Origin: Stylophora pistillata
Lineage: Eukaryota
DNA: 64,000 nt
Assembly: GCF_002571385.2 (NCBI RefSeq)
Contig: NW_019217845.1
Location: 165,452-229,451, forward strand
Direction: 5' to 3'
The notes beneath the pieces were generated by a model. It was given only the letters and a program-made list of their open reading frames with translations. It had not been told where the DNA came from and made no database searches. Both the position numbers and the translations under genes were made by a program. Positions within the stretch are counted from its first letter, which is position 1. Each line of letters starts with the position of its first letter. This document shows positions 23,296 through 34,428 of this stretch, one piece after another.

Positions 23296-24326
23296 CTGAA
23301 TGCACGACACGATACTTCAAATACAGACGGTCAAGAATTCTAGAAACACCCTTTGACTCCCATGATCGAACTTGAGGCAGTTGGGAGCAGGTCTTGTATG
23401 GCGTTCCTGGGTTTAAGCCCTCTACCCTACTTCTATTCAAAACTGAGCTTCTTGTCATATCATCTCATAACCATGCTCGACCAGCCTTGTCACTTATTCA
23501 TGTCTGTGATGAGAGAGTGCTGGCTTCTTCAAGAGCAAGTAACATTGGAGTTCTTTTTGATGAATCTCTAAATATGGCTCTTCAAGTTTGCCCTCAAGCT
23601 CCTCAAGTTTGCTCCTCAAGCTCCTCAATTTGCAAATCGGCATTCTATCATCTTCGTAAACTTAGTATCATTCGAAGATATCTCACCGCTAATGCAGCTC
23701 AGCTTCTTCATGTTCATGCCCTAGTCACATCAAAACTTGATAACTGCAACTCGCTATTATGTGGTTTACCTAAGTATCTGATTAAACAGCTTCAGCGTGT
23801 TCAGAATGCAGCTGCTCGTGTTCATACTGTTTCACCAAAGTTTTTCCATATTACACCTGTTCTCAAAAAACTCCATTAGCTTCCGGCCGATTGATCACCG
23901 AATTGAATTTAAAATACTTACTATTACCTACAAGGCTCTTCATGGTCTCGTTCTAACTACATTAAAGACCTTCTCAAAAACTATCAACCACCACGCAACC
24001 TTAGGTCTTCAACGAAGAATCTACTTGTCGTTCCTGCCTTCCACACAGATAGTTATGGTCGTCGTGCTTTTTCTGTTGTCGCACCGCTTCTCTGCCGGAA
24101 CAGTTTTCCTCAGCATGTTAGGGATGCTGGATCACTTGACATTTTTAAAAGACGGCTTAAAACTGCTCTTTTTACACGTGCTTTTTAAATTCATGAAATG
24201 ATCTTGGTGTTTTATAATCTTAACTAACTAATTTTGATTATTTTAAACTATTTTTGAACTGTGACTTTGTGAATAGCGCCTTTGGACCCATGGGAAAGGG
24301 CGCTCTATAAATGTCTTATTATTATT
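23296..24326 (+). mobile_element. Decayed L2/CR1-group LINE, 3' end (post-RT C-terminus and 3' tail)
   Basis: NIGVLFDESLNM...ICKSAFYHLRKLSIIRRYL...HALVTSKLDNCNSLLCGLP...LQRVQNAAAR...HITPVLKKLH*...RIEFKIL...YGRRAFS...FKRRLKTALF with stops/frameshifts; tail GCGCTCTATAAATGTCTTATTATTATT. Confidence 0.88.
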
Positions 24327-24382
24327 TCACAAAATGAGAATCTATCAACCTCATACCGAAACAAAATATTTTTTTTTTTCAG

Positions 24383-27300
24383 TGGGAGTTGATCTGTGAC
24401 AGAAATCATCTCAAAGCGTTGACTCAAGCAGCATACTTGGCAGGACTTCTTATTGGTTCTTATGCGTTTAGCAGCATATCTGACCTTTTGGGACGAAGGA
24501 TCGCTGTTTTCCTCAGTATCGCCTTCTTGGTGAGTGCATCTCGCAATGACCGCTCTAGTGGCGGATCCAAACTTTGAGCTAAGGGGAGATCCGGTTTTTG
24601 TGTGTTTACCCAAACTAAGTGGGGGCGGGCCCCTCTCCTAGATCTGCCACTGCACACTCGATAACTAGTCTGTTGGAGTGACCACACACACACACACACA
24701 CACACACAACCATGTGATCCCCCTGGCTCCTTCTCTTCCCCCCCCCTTTTTGGTGAAAATTAATGACTAGTCCCTCAAAAAAAATCTGTCTTCTGACATA
24801 AAGTACGCGGATGTTTGAAGACAGACATAGACTTGATACTTTGCAATTATCATAAACTCTACCCGTTGACGAAAATCGGATATTAATTTCTGCAGAAGTG
24901 CACACTGGGAATTCTCGCCCAAGAAACATCATGTCTCTTCATTTTCAAAGTCATTTTTGCCAACAAAACTAATCTCCACCCTGTGGAAGATCCAGTGCAG
25001 TATACATAAGTGACACACTCGGCTGCCCCTTTTGTGTCACCTTTTTTTTTTTTCTTACCCCATTTTGACGTCATCTGTGAGCTATTACTCAACAAACGCA
25101 CGGCAACATGGTATCTACTTGTTAAATGTATCATCAACAAAGCTGGTTATGAGCAGGGCTTGTCCCTATTTCAGGCAGTGTGTGGCGCCGTCTCTGCAGT
25201 TGCAGACTGCCTCTCTCTTTTCGCCTTGTTCCGTGTCGGTGCAGGAGCCGCCGCTGCTGGATGTCTACTCTCTCGCTTCGTTTACTGCGTGGAGCTGTCA
25301 GTTACGTCAAACAGGACTGCTGCGGGGTTTGTCAGCAACATCTTCATGACTGTGGGTTACGCTATTTTATCTTTACTGGCCTACTTCATCAGAGACTGGA
25401 GACATCTGATGCTTGCAGTCTCGGTACCAGGCGTTTCATTGCTCTTTTTCTGGTGGTAAGTTGTTTTTACTGTAATGTGAAAGTAGGAAATCATCTAAAA
25501 AATTCCCTAACTTTTACCGTCATTTTAAAGCCCATTAGACCAATTTTCAATTTTTCCAATTGAGTGTCGAAGGTAATCCGGAAGTCGTCTATTTGTGCTT
25601 TACTTCGCTTTGTGATTGGTCCTGAATACTCACGTCACTCTCTCAACCAATCAGATCCAAAATTGAAACCAATCTCGACTTGGTTGCACGCCTTTTTCCC
25701 CGTTTAAAGCAGTTGGTCGGTTTTAACTTTGAGTTCCCATTGACTCTTAAAGGTTTTTTCCTTTCTCCTAATTGACCGTTGTGTTTACTTTGGTTTGGTT
25801 TTACTATTGCTAAAATAGCATCACTTTCTCTTGACATCAGAAAGGTGGATTCCGGAGTCTCCGCGCTGGCTTGTTGCTAACAATCGTCTAGATGAGGCTC
25901 ATGGCTTGCTCATGAAGTACGCCGCCAAAAATGCCGTCATTGTTGACCCTAAACAGTTGAGGCACGTGATCTCGGAAGTAAGGAAGGCTGACGTCAGGAA
26001 AAATGACACTCGGAAATACGGGACTTTCGATTTGTTTAGGACACCAAAGCTGAGAAAGAGAATTATTATCTGCTGTTTTAATTGGTAAGAAAAACGTGAT
26101 CGGAAGATTATTTATTTTGTGTGTATATATATATATTGTGGAAGGAAAAAGACAAGTAAACTACAAGTTCAAGATGAACTTGTAGTTTACTTGTCTTTTT
26201 CCTCCCACAATATATACTTCGCTCTACTTCTATGTATTGAGCACTGTTCTACGAAAATCAAGTCACACTATATATATATATACAAAAAATATATATTTTT
26301 TTGTGTGTGTTTCGGTTCTTTGGTGTGTTTATACGCTTGAATGGATCCATTTTGTGTTTCGTTTTTGACGTTTAGGTTTGTAAATGCTCTGGTGTACTTT
26401 GGAATAAGTTTGAACGTGAAGAATCTCGCCGGAGACATGTACCTTAACTTCTTCATCTTGATTATCATCGAGTTACCCAGTGCATTGTTGGCGTGGTTTT
26501 GTCTTCAGAGGTAAGAACATTTGCAGATACAATTTTAGAAACCACCGCAACTTTATGTTTCCAAAAATGCGCACAAATCGTTACACGAATACATTCATTC
26601 CATCCATGTCCAATCGGTAGAACTTTTATACGGAGTTTTTTATACAGTCATTTTATATTACATGAAATTATTATTTTATAAATGTATAAGTGAATTTCTT
26701 GCAAGTCGGCCTTAGGAGTCTGTGAATTTGAATATTTTTATTAACTATCTATCTATCTATCCATCTATCTCGTTTTGGACAACGGTCTACAAACTAGTCA
26801 GCAGAGCTTTCCGACCAATGGTTATTGGAAAAGAAAACTTCAGTAACAAACTGACTCTACAAATAATGTGGGCATTCAGTTGCTGACAATTATCGACGTA
26901 CGAAAAAAAAGAAAGTTCCAGGAGCGTATAAAGATTGGTTCAATTGTTTAATAAAACAATTTTTTTTTTTAAGGTTCGGTCGCCGCATTCCTTATTGTGC
27001 CTTCATGTTGATTGGTGGAATTGCCGGCATGCTGGTGTTAGCTGTTCCAAGCAAAGCGGGTAAGAGGGCTGAATTATAAGTTGTCGAACGTACTGCTGAC
27101 GAAAATTATGGTTAAGAAACTATTAATCAGCTTCACTTCACTGCCTTCCAACGCAGTATAACAGTTTCCTTGACAAACATTTCTAGTTGAGTCGGTCAGC
27201 CAGTCATTCTCTTTTATTACACCATCCACTTACAGTATGTCTGCCCGCACATTTATCTTTCCACCCTTACGTTCCATCATTCGTTCGTCGATCGGTCCGT

Positions 27301-28338
27301 CCATCAATTAGACAGACAAACTGTCAGTCAGTAAGGAAGTCGGACAGACACTTGATCAGTAGGTCAATCAGTCTGACAAACAGTCAGTCATTCATCTACA
27401 TAACAGGCAGTCGGCCAGAAAGCTATTTATGACTATCAAAGCTCAACTCTTGATCGTGTTGTTCTTAGGCTACCAAGCAGTGATCACAACTTTGGCCATG
27501 ATCGGAAAGTTCTGTATCTTATCCACTTTTCTGACCATCTACGTTTTCACTGCCGAACTTTTCCCGACCGTCATCAGGTAAGTAACAAGTCAGAACGATA
27601 CCAAACTTTCTTCATTTAACAACATACATGATTTCATTGCAATAAATTAAATATGCTATTTGTCGAAACTGAGATTTTATTCTTGGTGACTCTCGTTTAC
27701 ACCACTTGATTATCCCTTCAGATTCTATTTGTTCAATCTATATCGTTAGGAACACTGCTGTGGGTGTCTCCTCTATGATGGCCCGTATTGGAGCAATATT
27801 GGCACCTTACATAGTTCTACTGGTAAGATATCTATCATCCTTAACCTTTCATCGACAAATGAATAAAGCCTGATAGTTTCGAAAGAAACTGTTTGGGACT
27901 TCGTTGGTGGGAGTAACGAAATAATTTGGATATATCAACAAAGTTGAAGTGGTAAATTGGCCACTGTAACGATTACAAAAGCTGACGTTTCGAGCGTTAG
28001 CCCTTCGTCGGACAAGGCTAGCAGCCCCAACTTATATCTTTTTTGTTAAGTTGTATAATTTCTCCCTCAAGGCGGACCTTCCAAATCTTAATAGAACGCT
28101 TCCGCTGGTCATCTTTGGAGTACTTGGAGTAACCGCTGGTATAGTGGGTTTATGGCTGCCAGAGACGCTATTCAGTCCCATGCCCCAAACCGTGGAACAG
28201 GCCGAAGCCTGGGCTGAGGACTATAAGCTTTATTGCTGCAAGAAGCCTGGGTCTAAGAAATCAAATGAAGGGCCGAAAAAAGTCAACAATGGAAAAGAGG
28301 AAGCACAGAATCTTTGCAATATTGAAAGTCAGGTGTAG
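24383..28338 (+). CDS. SLC22-family organic cation/anion transporter (MFS), 5' exon(s) missing
   Basis: Exons 24383-24529, 25175-25455, 25845-26084, 26376-26510, 26974-27059, 27469-27577, 27750-27822, 28072-28338. Motifs [54 protein letters not shown]. Confidence 0.9.
24683..24708. repeat. (CA)n microsatellite
   Basis: cacacacacacacacacacacacaca. Confidence 0.9.
27860..28012 (-). mobile_element. PLE terminal-repeat fragment with hammerhead motif (intronic)
   Basis: Same sequence family as 23103-23258; CCGACGA core at 27981-28012. Confidence 0.85.
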
Positions 28339-28857
28339 TGCTAAAGTACAGAACGTAGTTTTCTTTTAAAGAAGTGTCTATGATATTTTGGAACATGCAA
28401 AATTACGTATGTATAAAGGTAAAACCACAAATTTCTTCTTTGTTAAAGTAAAAAAACTCAAAACTGGGAGAAATAAACGGTAAAGGATCGGTCTTCTTCA
28501 AATTGAACTTTTCAGTGAAGTGTTTTGTGTTGTCCTAATCTGTTTAAATAAGCTTTGTGGACCGATGCGTTGATTTTAAGTCAGAAAAAACTACGCTAAA
28601 TCTGTGTTGTTGACCCAACAAGAGAGGAACACCCCTTGTGCAGCCAGCAAGCGCGTTTATTTTTTGTTCAGTAAATCATGAGCTGGGAGTCTCTAACCCT
28701 TGGATATGGTTGGACGTGAGGCGAAGTCATAGGTGAGAAAGGTCTGTGGGGCAAAGAGATGGGATTAACTTGGACTGCGTGACAGTGGCTGGCTCGGCAG
28801 ATAGCTTTGTAGGAGGTGGTGAGTGAATTTTCCCGATTCTATCATATCGTAATGTAC

Positions 28858-29028
28858 CAGTGCCGGATCTAGGGAGGGACACGGGGGCTGGCCACCTCCC
28901 CTTATTTTGGGTAAAAAAGTAGATGCAGAGGGAAGAAAAGCCGGGAGGTGAACACACACAAACAAGAACGCCCCAACCCCCACCCCACCCCACCTCCTTA
29001 ATTAGCTCAAGGTCTGGATCCGTCACTG
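28858..29028. mobile_element. Short non-autonomous DNA-transposon-like element (MITE) with CAGTG(G/C)CGGATC-type termini
   Basis: cagtgccggatctag ... ctggatccgtcactg inverted termini; related element at ~24556-24652. Confidence 0.5.
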
Positions 29029-29321
29029 TGTGCAGTATGCAAATGTTCGCAAATCGATAAAATTGGATGAACTGTGAATCATCCCACCCCGAAGTACATA
29101 TATTGAAAGCGGGTGATAAACAAACGTTTGGCGGTGCAAAAAAAAAAGTGAGAGCAAGGTTTGTTCCCAATTTATTTCCCTCGTGGATTAAAACTCGAAA
29201 GAATTCAACCGCACCATACAGAACAATTATTTCCTTAATATCTTATGGGGTAACTTACAGGTTTGAATAACCATACTGATCGATCAGTTAAGATTTAGAT
29301 GTGCTTATATCTTTCAGCAAA

Positions 29322-32300
29322 CTAGACATTATCATTAATGCAACTGTTTTCATACGTTGCGTTAGTAAGCCGGGTGTTCTGATTTCCGAAGCTTTCATCT
29401 TGAGGCATTGGTGAATTCACCACTGCGGCATTAAGTTGTGCCTTTGCTCGTCTTCTTTGCTTTGAAACTCTTCTGTAGAACGACACCAGAACCAGCGCCA
29501 TTGGAAGGAGAAGAATAAGTGATAACAACTGTATGACGAGTAGAGCCATATTGTACGAGCTGCTGGCTTTTTGTTGAGCTTCTTGTGACCAATACATCCT
29601 AGGATCTGTGCGAAATAGATGAAAAAAAAAACAAAAAACAAAAGTTTTCTGGAGGAAAGTTTCAATATTCCACTTGACCTTCTATTATCATAAACACGCT
29701 ATCCTTGACTATATGCGCGGGGCCACACACGCCTCTGTCTTGTTTTACTCTCTTTCTCTCCAGGGCTCTGAGGAGACTAAACGTTCCTATCGTGAAATAG
29801 GACTTGTTTTAATGTTTGACGTTCTGGAAGCCAACATCCTTGAGACCTTAGAGTGTGCTTTCCTAGCCATTTTAGACCTGAGATCTAAGCATAGTAGGGG
29901 GTGCTTAATCATCTTACGAACTGTGCATAGCGCGACAAATGAATATTGCAGTAAGCCAACACTTCATTATAGATATGACCTACTAAGACCTTTAAATAAT
30001 AATGAGCCAAGGCTTTCTACGTGAGCACTCACCTAAACATACGGCTCCATTATTTTCAGTGATCAATCCATCTTTACACTTACAAACTATGCGATCATCT
30101 GATGACAAACAGAAATGTTGACAGCCGCCGTTATCTTCTGTACACGAAGGCAAACCAAGAATTTCTGTTGAAAAAAAAAAGGAAGAAAGAACACCTTCCC
30201 ACTTCTTTGGAAAGCTAACAAGTTATTGTTTTATTCAGCATTTATTTATTTCTCAATGTTTATAAAATCCTGTGATTTGATTGGAGAACCGACTGAGTAA
30301 GCAACACGAAGCCCTACACGGGATTATCCGCTTTGAGATACAATGAAATATATGAAGTTCATATATTTTGTACTANNNNNNNNNNNNNNNNNNNNNNNNN
30401 NNNNNNNNNNNNNNNNNNNNNNNNNNNNNNNNNNNNNNNNNNNNNNNNNNNNNNNNNNNNNNNNNNNNNNNNNNNNNNNNNNNNNNNNNNNNNNNNNNNN
30501 NNNNNNNNNNNNNNNNNNNNNNNNNNNNNNNNNNNNNNNNNNNNNNNNNNNNNNNNNNNNNNNNNNNNNNNNNNNNNNNNNNNNNNNNNNNNNNNNNNNN
30601 NNNNNNNNNNNNNNNNNNNNNNNNNNNNNNNNNNNNNNNNNNNNNNNNNNNNNNNNNNNNNNNNNNNNNNNNNNNNNNNNNNNNNNNNNNNNNNNNNAGG
30701 ATCGTGCATCATATGTATTATCCGCTTTGTTCCTGCAAAAGCGAGATATCCTTAGATGTAATCTTTTGGCCACAGAATAAACCTTCAACTGATACCTAAG
30801 CTTGTTCGATGGAAATGGTGACATATTTGCCAAGTTCTTTTTTGTCTTTTGTTGACCGATACGGTAGATATTAGCTACGTAGCTTTTCTGCGTTTCTATA
30901 AGAAGGCTGCTTAGAGATCGGTCAAATGTCATTTATCGCCCGGGGGGCGAAGGATTTTGGGTTGTGACGTGACAAAATTTGCCCGATCCCCTTAGAAGAC
31001 TCTGAAATATTCCTATGACGCCCCTCCCCTTCTCATTGGCAGTTAATTGGCTGTCAATTTTCTGCCCCCCTTTTTATACTCTGTTACCGATGACTGACAC
31101 TCCCCTTCGTACTCCCTAAAAATCATGTGATCACAAAATCACCTCCCACCCCCCTGCCCTCCCCCCAGGCGATAAAAGATGACTGGTCTCTGACGAAACT
31201 ACATGTGTACCCCGTACACTTTCTTCTCGTAGGCATTCATCGGAGCAAGAGATTAAAGTTCGTTTTTGTTAAACGGCCGTTATCGTAGAGATGGGTTGTT
31301 ATTAAATAGAATAGTTTACACCTTTACCTTTCTCACAAATGAAGCTTGAAGCCCGGGAGCAGTTTAAGTCATTCCATTTCACCACACCGTCACGAACTTG
31401 AAGAACATACATCTCCCCACAAAACTCTTCATGGCGATAATTGTCAGGCTGCCCCGAGTACCAGTCCTTGAATGTCACTGGGGATGCGTCGACCCAAACC
31501 CACTTCGAGGGACTGGAAGGTGATCTATGTAAGCCGAGCCAAAAATGCCTACTGTGTTGTTGCGTGGTGACGAATTCTCGAATCAGGAAAGAGTTTTCTC
31601 TTGCGGTTGAGACTGTAACCAGGTGAGCGTTGTACTTACTGCAGCTGAACTGAGCAGCGCGCCAGTCTAGGGATGACTTTGGTGATAAGTAACACGACTT
31701 CTCGAATCTTTTCCAGTGTTTCGGACAACCTTTTGGAATCATTTAAAGACAACCGTAGTGTTAGCTCTCGAAAAGCGTGAGCAAATAAAGCGAGCATGGC
31801 AAATAGATACAAACACTTGTGAGAAACACAGATTTAAAAAAGGGGGGGCTGGTCTTATTGACAGGGTATTGATACGGTTGAAGATGCTCAGTTACTTCTT
31901 ACGCAATTCAGTGACGGAGGTAAAATGAAAATTCCTCTCATATTTTGTTAAAATGACTTAATTCATGTCCATGAACACCTGGTCAAACTGAAGAGCCATA
32001 CCAAAGCAACTTTCAGTTTCTTTCGGAAGCAAAGTCTGGCTTCCTCTTGCTGCATCTTTCAATTAGTTAATTTTGATAGGAAGGGGACGTTAAAGAACCC
32101 ACATCACGAGATTACTGTGATGTGGTCTGGCCTGTTTACTGGGAATTGGGGGGAGGGGGCATCAGTAAAATCTCTCCTTTGTTGACTGTAAACTGGCACT
32201 TGCAGTCTGGTAAAGTCCCCGCACAGTGTTGTAAAGTGCATTAGATCATTACATGGTAAATGCGCTATAGAAATTGATAAAATTATTATTAGGGACCTTA

Positions 32301-33223
32301 AGCAGTCAGGACGGCAACGCCAAGGAAGACTCCGATTAAAAAATGAATTTCTACTCTTAGTTAGAATTTCAAACATGGCTGCTGGAGCTTACTGTCTCAT
32401 ATGGCGCCACAGCTCAACTTCAGCATGACGTATAAAAGTAGCGTTGAGTTCCAAATGAAAATTAAAATAATTTGCCGTCGCGGTTTCGGTTCGCAGACGA
32501 CGCAAATTTTGGCGATTTCACGTTGTTGTTTTGCATAGGACGGCTAAGAAATGTACAAAGTTTCAAAACGCACGTGCTGAGCTACTGTTCTGCCAATTAG
32601 ATCTCTTCTTTTTCCACGTCCTCGTTGCCGTCGCCGTCGTGGTTGCTTAAGGTCCCTACTATTATTATCAGTACGGGGACCTGTGAATTCAGTAGCACTT
32701 GTTGCGTTCCTACATTTTGTCGTTCAGACCTATGAACCAGTGCCGTAGTTCCATCTTATACCTCATGTTTTTGTTTGAACGAGAGTGAAAACGTTTTAGC
32801 AGCTGCTAAAGAACCTTAACGGCTACCTGTCGGGATTGGAAATATTTTGTTCTCAACGAGACTTAGGATCCCAATTTATCTTGCCCGTCTATCAAAATTA
32901 AGAAGGCTTTTAAACTTAATGACACGTAGATACTGGCGAATTAGTATCGAAGAAACGATAAAAACTTGTAGTAACGATGCTCTGTTGACAGGAATTTGCT
33001 GGGGTAAACTGCTTTAGACAAAAAATATCCATGCATTTACTAATGGCGGGTACCTGTCGACAGTAATACTCTGTTTCTTTCTTTGGCGTAGAGCGATCTG
33101 CATAGACTGAGGCGTTAGAAACTCTCTGAATAAAACCACTTACTCACCCAGTTGCTTATTTGAGCAAAATGTCCCTGCTGCATGCAGCATTATAGCAATT
33201 CCAACGATATTCTTAAAATGCAT
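29322..33223 (-). CDS. Type I membrane C-type lectin receptor: signal peptide - CTLD (QPD/WND) - EGF - TM - short tail
   Basis: Exons 33148-33223 (MHFKNIVGIAIMLHAAGTFCS), 31328-31729 (CPKHWKRFEKSCY...FWLGL...GQPDN...KWND...FICEK), 30033-30164 (CTEDNGGCQHFCLSSDDRIVCKCKDGLITENNGAVC), 29322-29605 (TM LLVIQLLSLILLLPMALVLVSFY, basic stop-transfer, YENS). All phase 1 and in frame. Confidence 0.85.
30336..30716. mobile_element. Second insertion of the tRNA-derived repeat family, inverted geometry, mostly hidden in an N gap
   Basis: Direct repeat ATTATCCGCTTTG at 30323-30335 and 30717-30729. Right end AGGATCGTGCA matches the 247-bp unit in + orientation; left end resembles the unit tail in - orientation. 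Confidence 0.55.
32291..32657. mobile_element. MITE with terminal inverted repeats AGGGACCTTAAGCA
   Basis: agggaccttaagcagtcaggacggcaacg ... cgttgccgtcgccgtcgtggttgcttaaggtccct inserted in a TA-rich site. Confidence 0.75.
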
Positions 33224-34428
33224 TAATATCTTGCTGTATTGATAGCCTCAAAGGGATGCCTTTATGTCTACTATTTTCCTACGGTGTGGAGGATGCGGCT
33301 CTCAAAAGTTTCTTTTTCTTTTTAAATGATTGGCGAGGGATCCTTAATTTCAGTTTTTGGCAGGTGTTCTATGCCTAATATTAATGAGTCAGGTGGCAGC
33401 AGGTTATGTACCATAAGCTAATGAGGTCACATGTCGGTGCATCTAATTAAACGACGTACAAACCTCGTCTACGCCAATCTTGTCAAATATGAAAAAGCTT
33501 TCCGTCTCCGCTACTGTTTTTGAATCGTTTTTAAGAATTGCACTGTGTACATCACTCCGGTCTGTTTTGAAAAAGAAATTCAATAATCGATTCCGAGTCC
33601 CAGTCTTCTAAAGCCCCCGCTGCCCTTCCCGCTGGAGAAGGAGGGGGCGGGGAATGAGACTGGCCTCAACTTAGCAATGGGGAAAGCCTAGCAATAGAGC
33701 ATGCCATAATGATCGTAAGAGAATGACATTTATTCAGCTGAAACAAAACTAGATATGCCACTCCCGACTCCCTTGGGAGTCCGAGGCTTTGCCGGTCACA
33801 TGACTTTTGGCTGGAATCGCCATGTGCTCGGGTTTGCGGATGTTTGTTTAGTTTTTTATCCATTGAAGAGAGTTTTAAAAAGAGCGTTATTGTGTCTTTC
33901 GTTGGCTTAAGCGAATGGTTCGGTGAGTTAATATTTGTTTTTTTTGTCGTTCAGGCAGGTATTTGGAGTTTGATGCCTTCTTTGTTTGTTATTTTCAGAA
34001 AACCTTACTTACTTACTTTCACTTTCATTGACCGAGGCCGTGCGGCCAATGTATGAGCTCGAGTTTTCGACGTTTGTTTGAGATAAATAAACACAGTACT
34101 ACGGTACGAACAAGATATTTAAAATTTTTCATAGCCAGCCTTGGTAAAAACAATTTCGTTTTCACTCTTCTTTCTGATATCGTTCTGTAAGGCTTTCCAT
34201 TAATTTTTTTTGTAGTTCATTCTCGTACAAAGAAAAGGAACAACGGTTTAAAAAACAACTGTTGATTGCTTTCGCAAGCTATTCCGAAATTTAGAAGGAC
34301 AATGCGCAGAAGTCGCGGTAGTGCGGGCGCATCGTTAGAGTCACGTGCTCAATCATACGATCTCCACACCTCCACAACTCCCACAAAACAAACGTCATAT
34401 CAGTAAAGGTGAAAGAGAATCAGCGGCG

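Noticed and set aside
30324-30932. ORFs spanning N runs (also 54390-54852)
   Set aside because: Artefacts of assembly gaps
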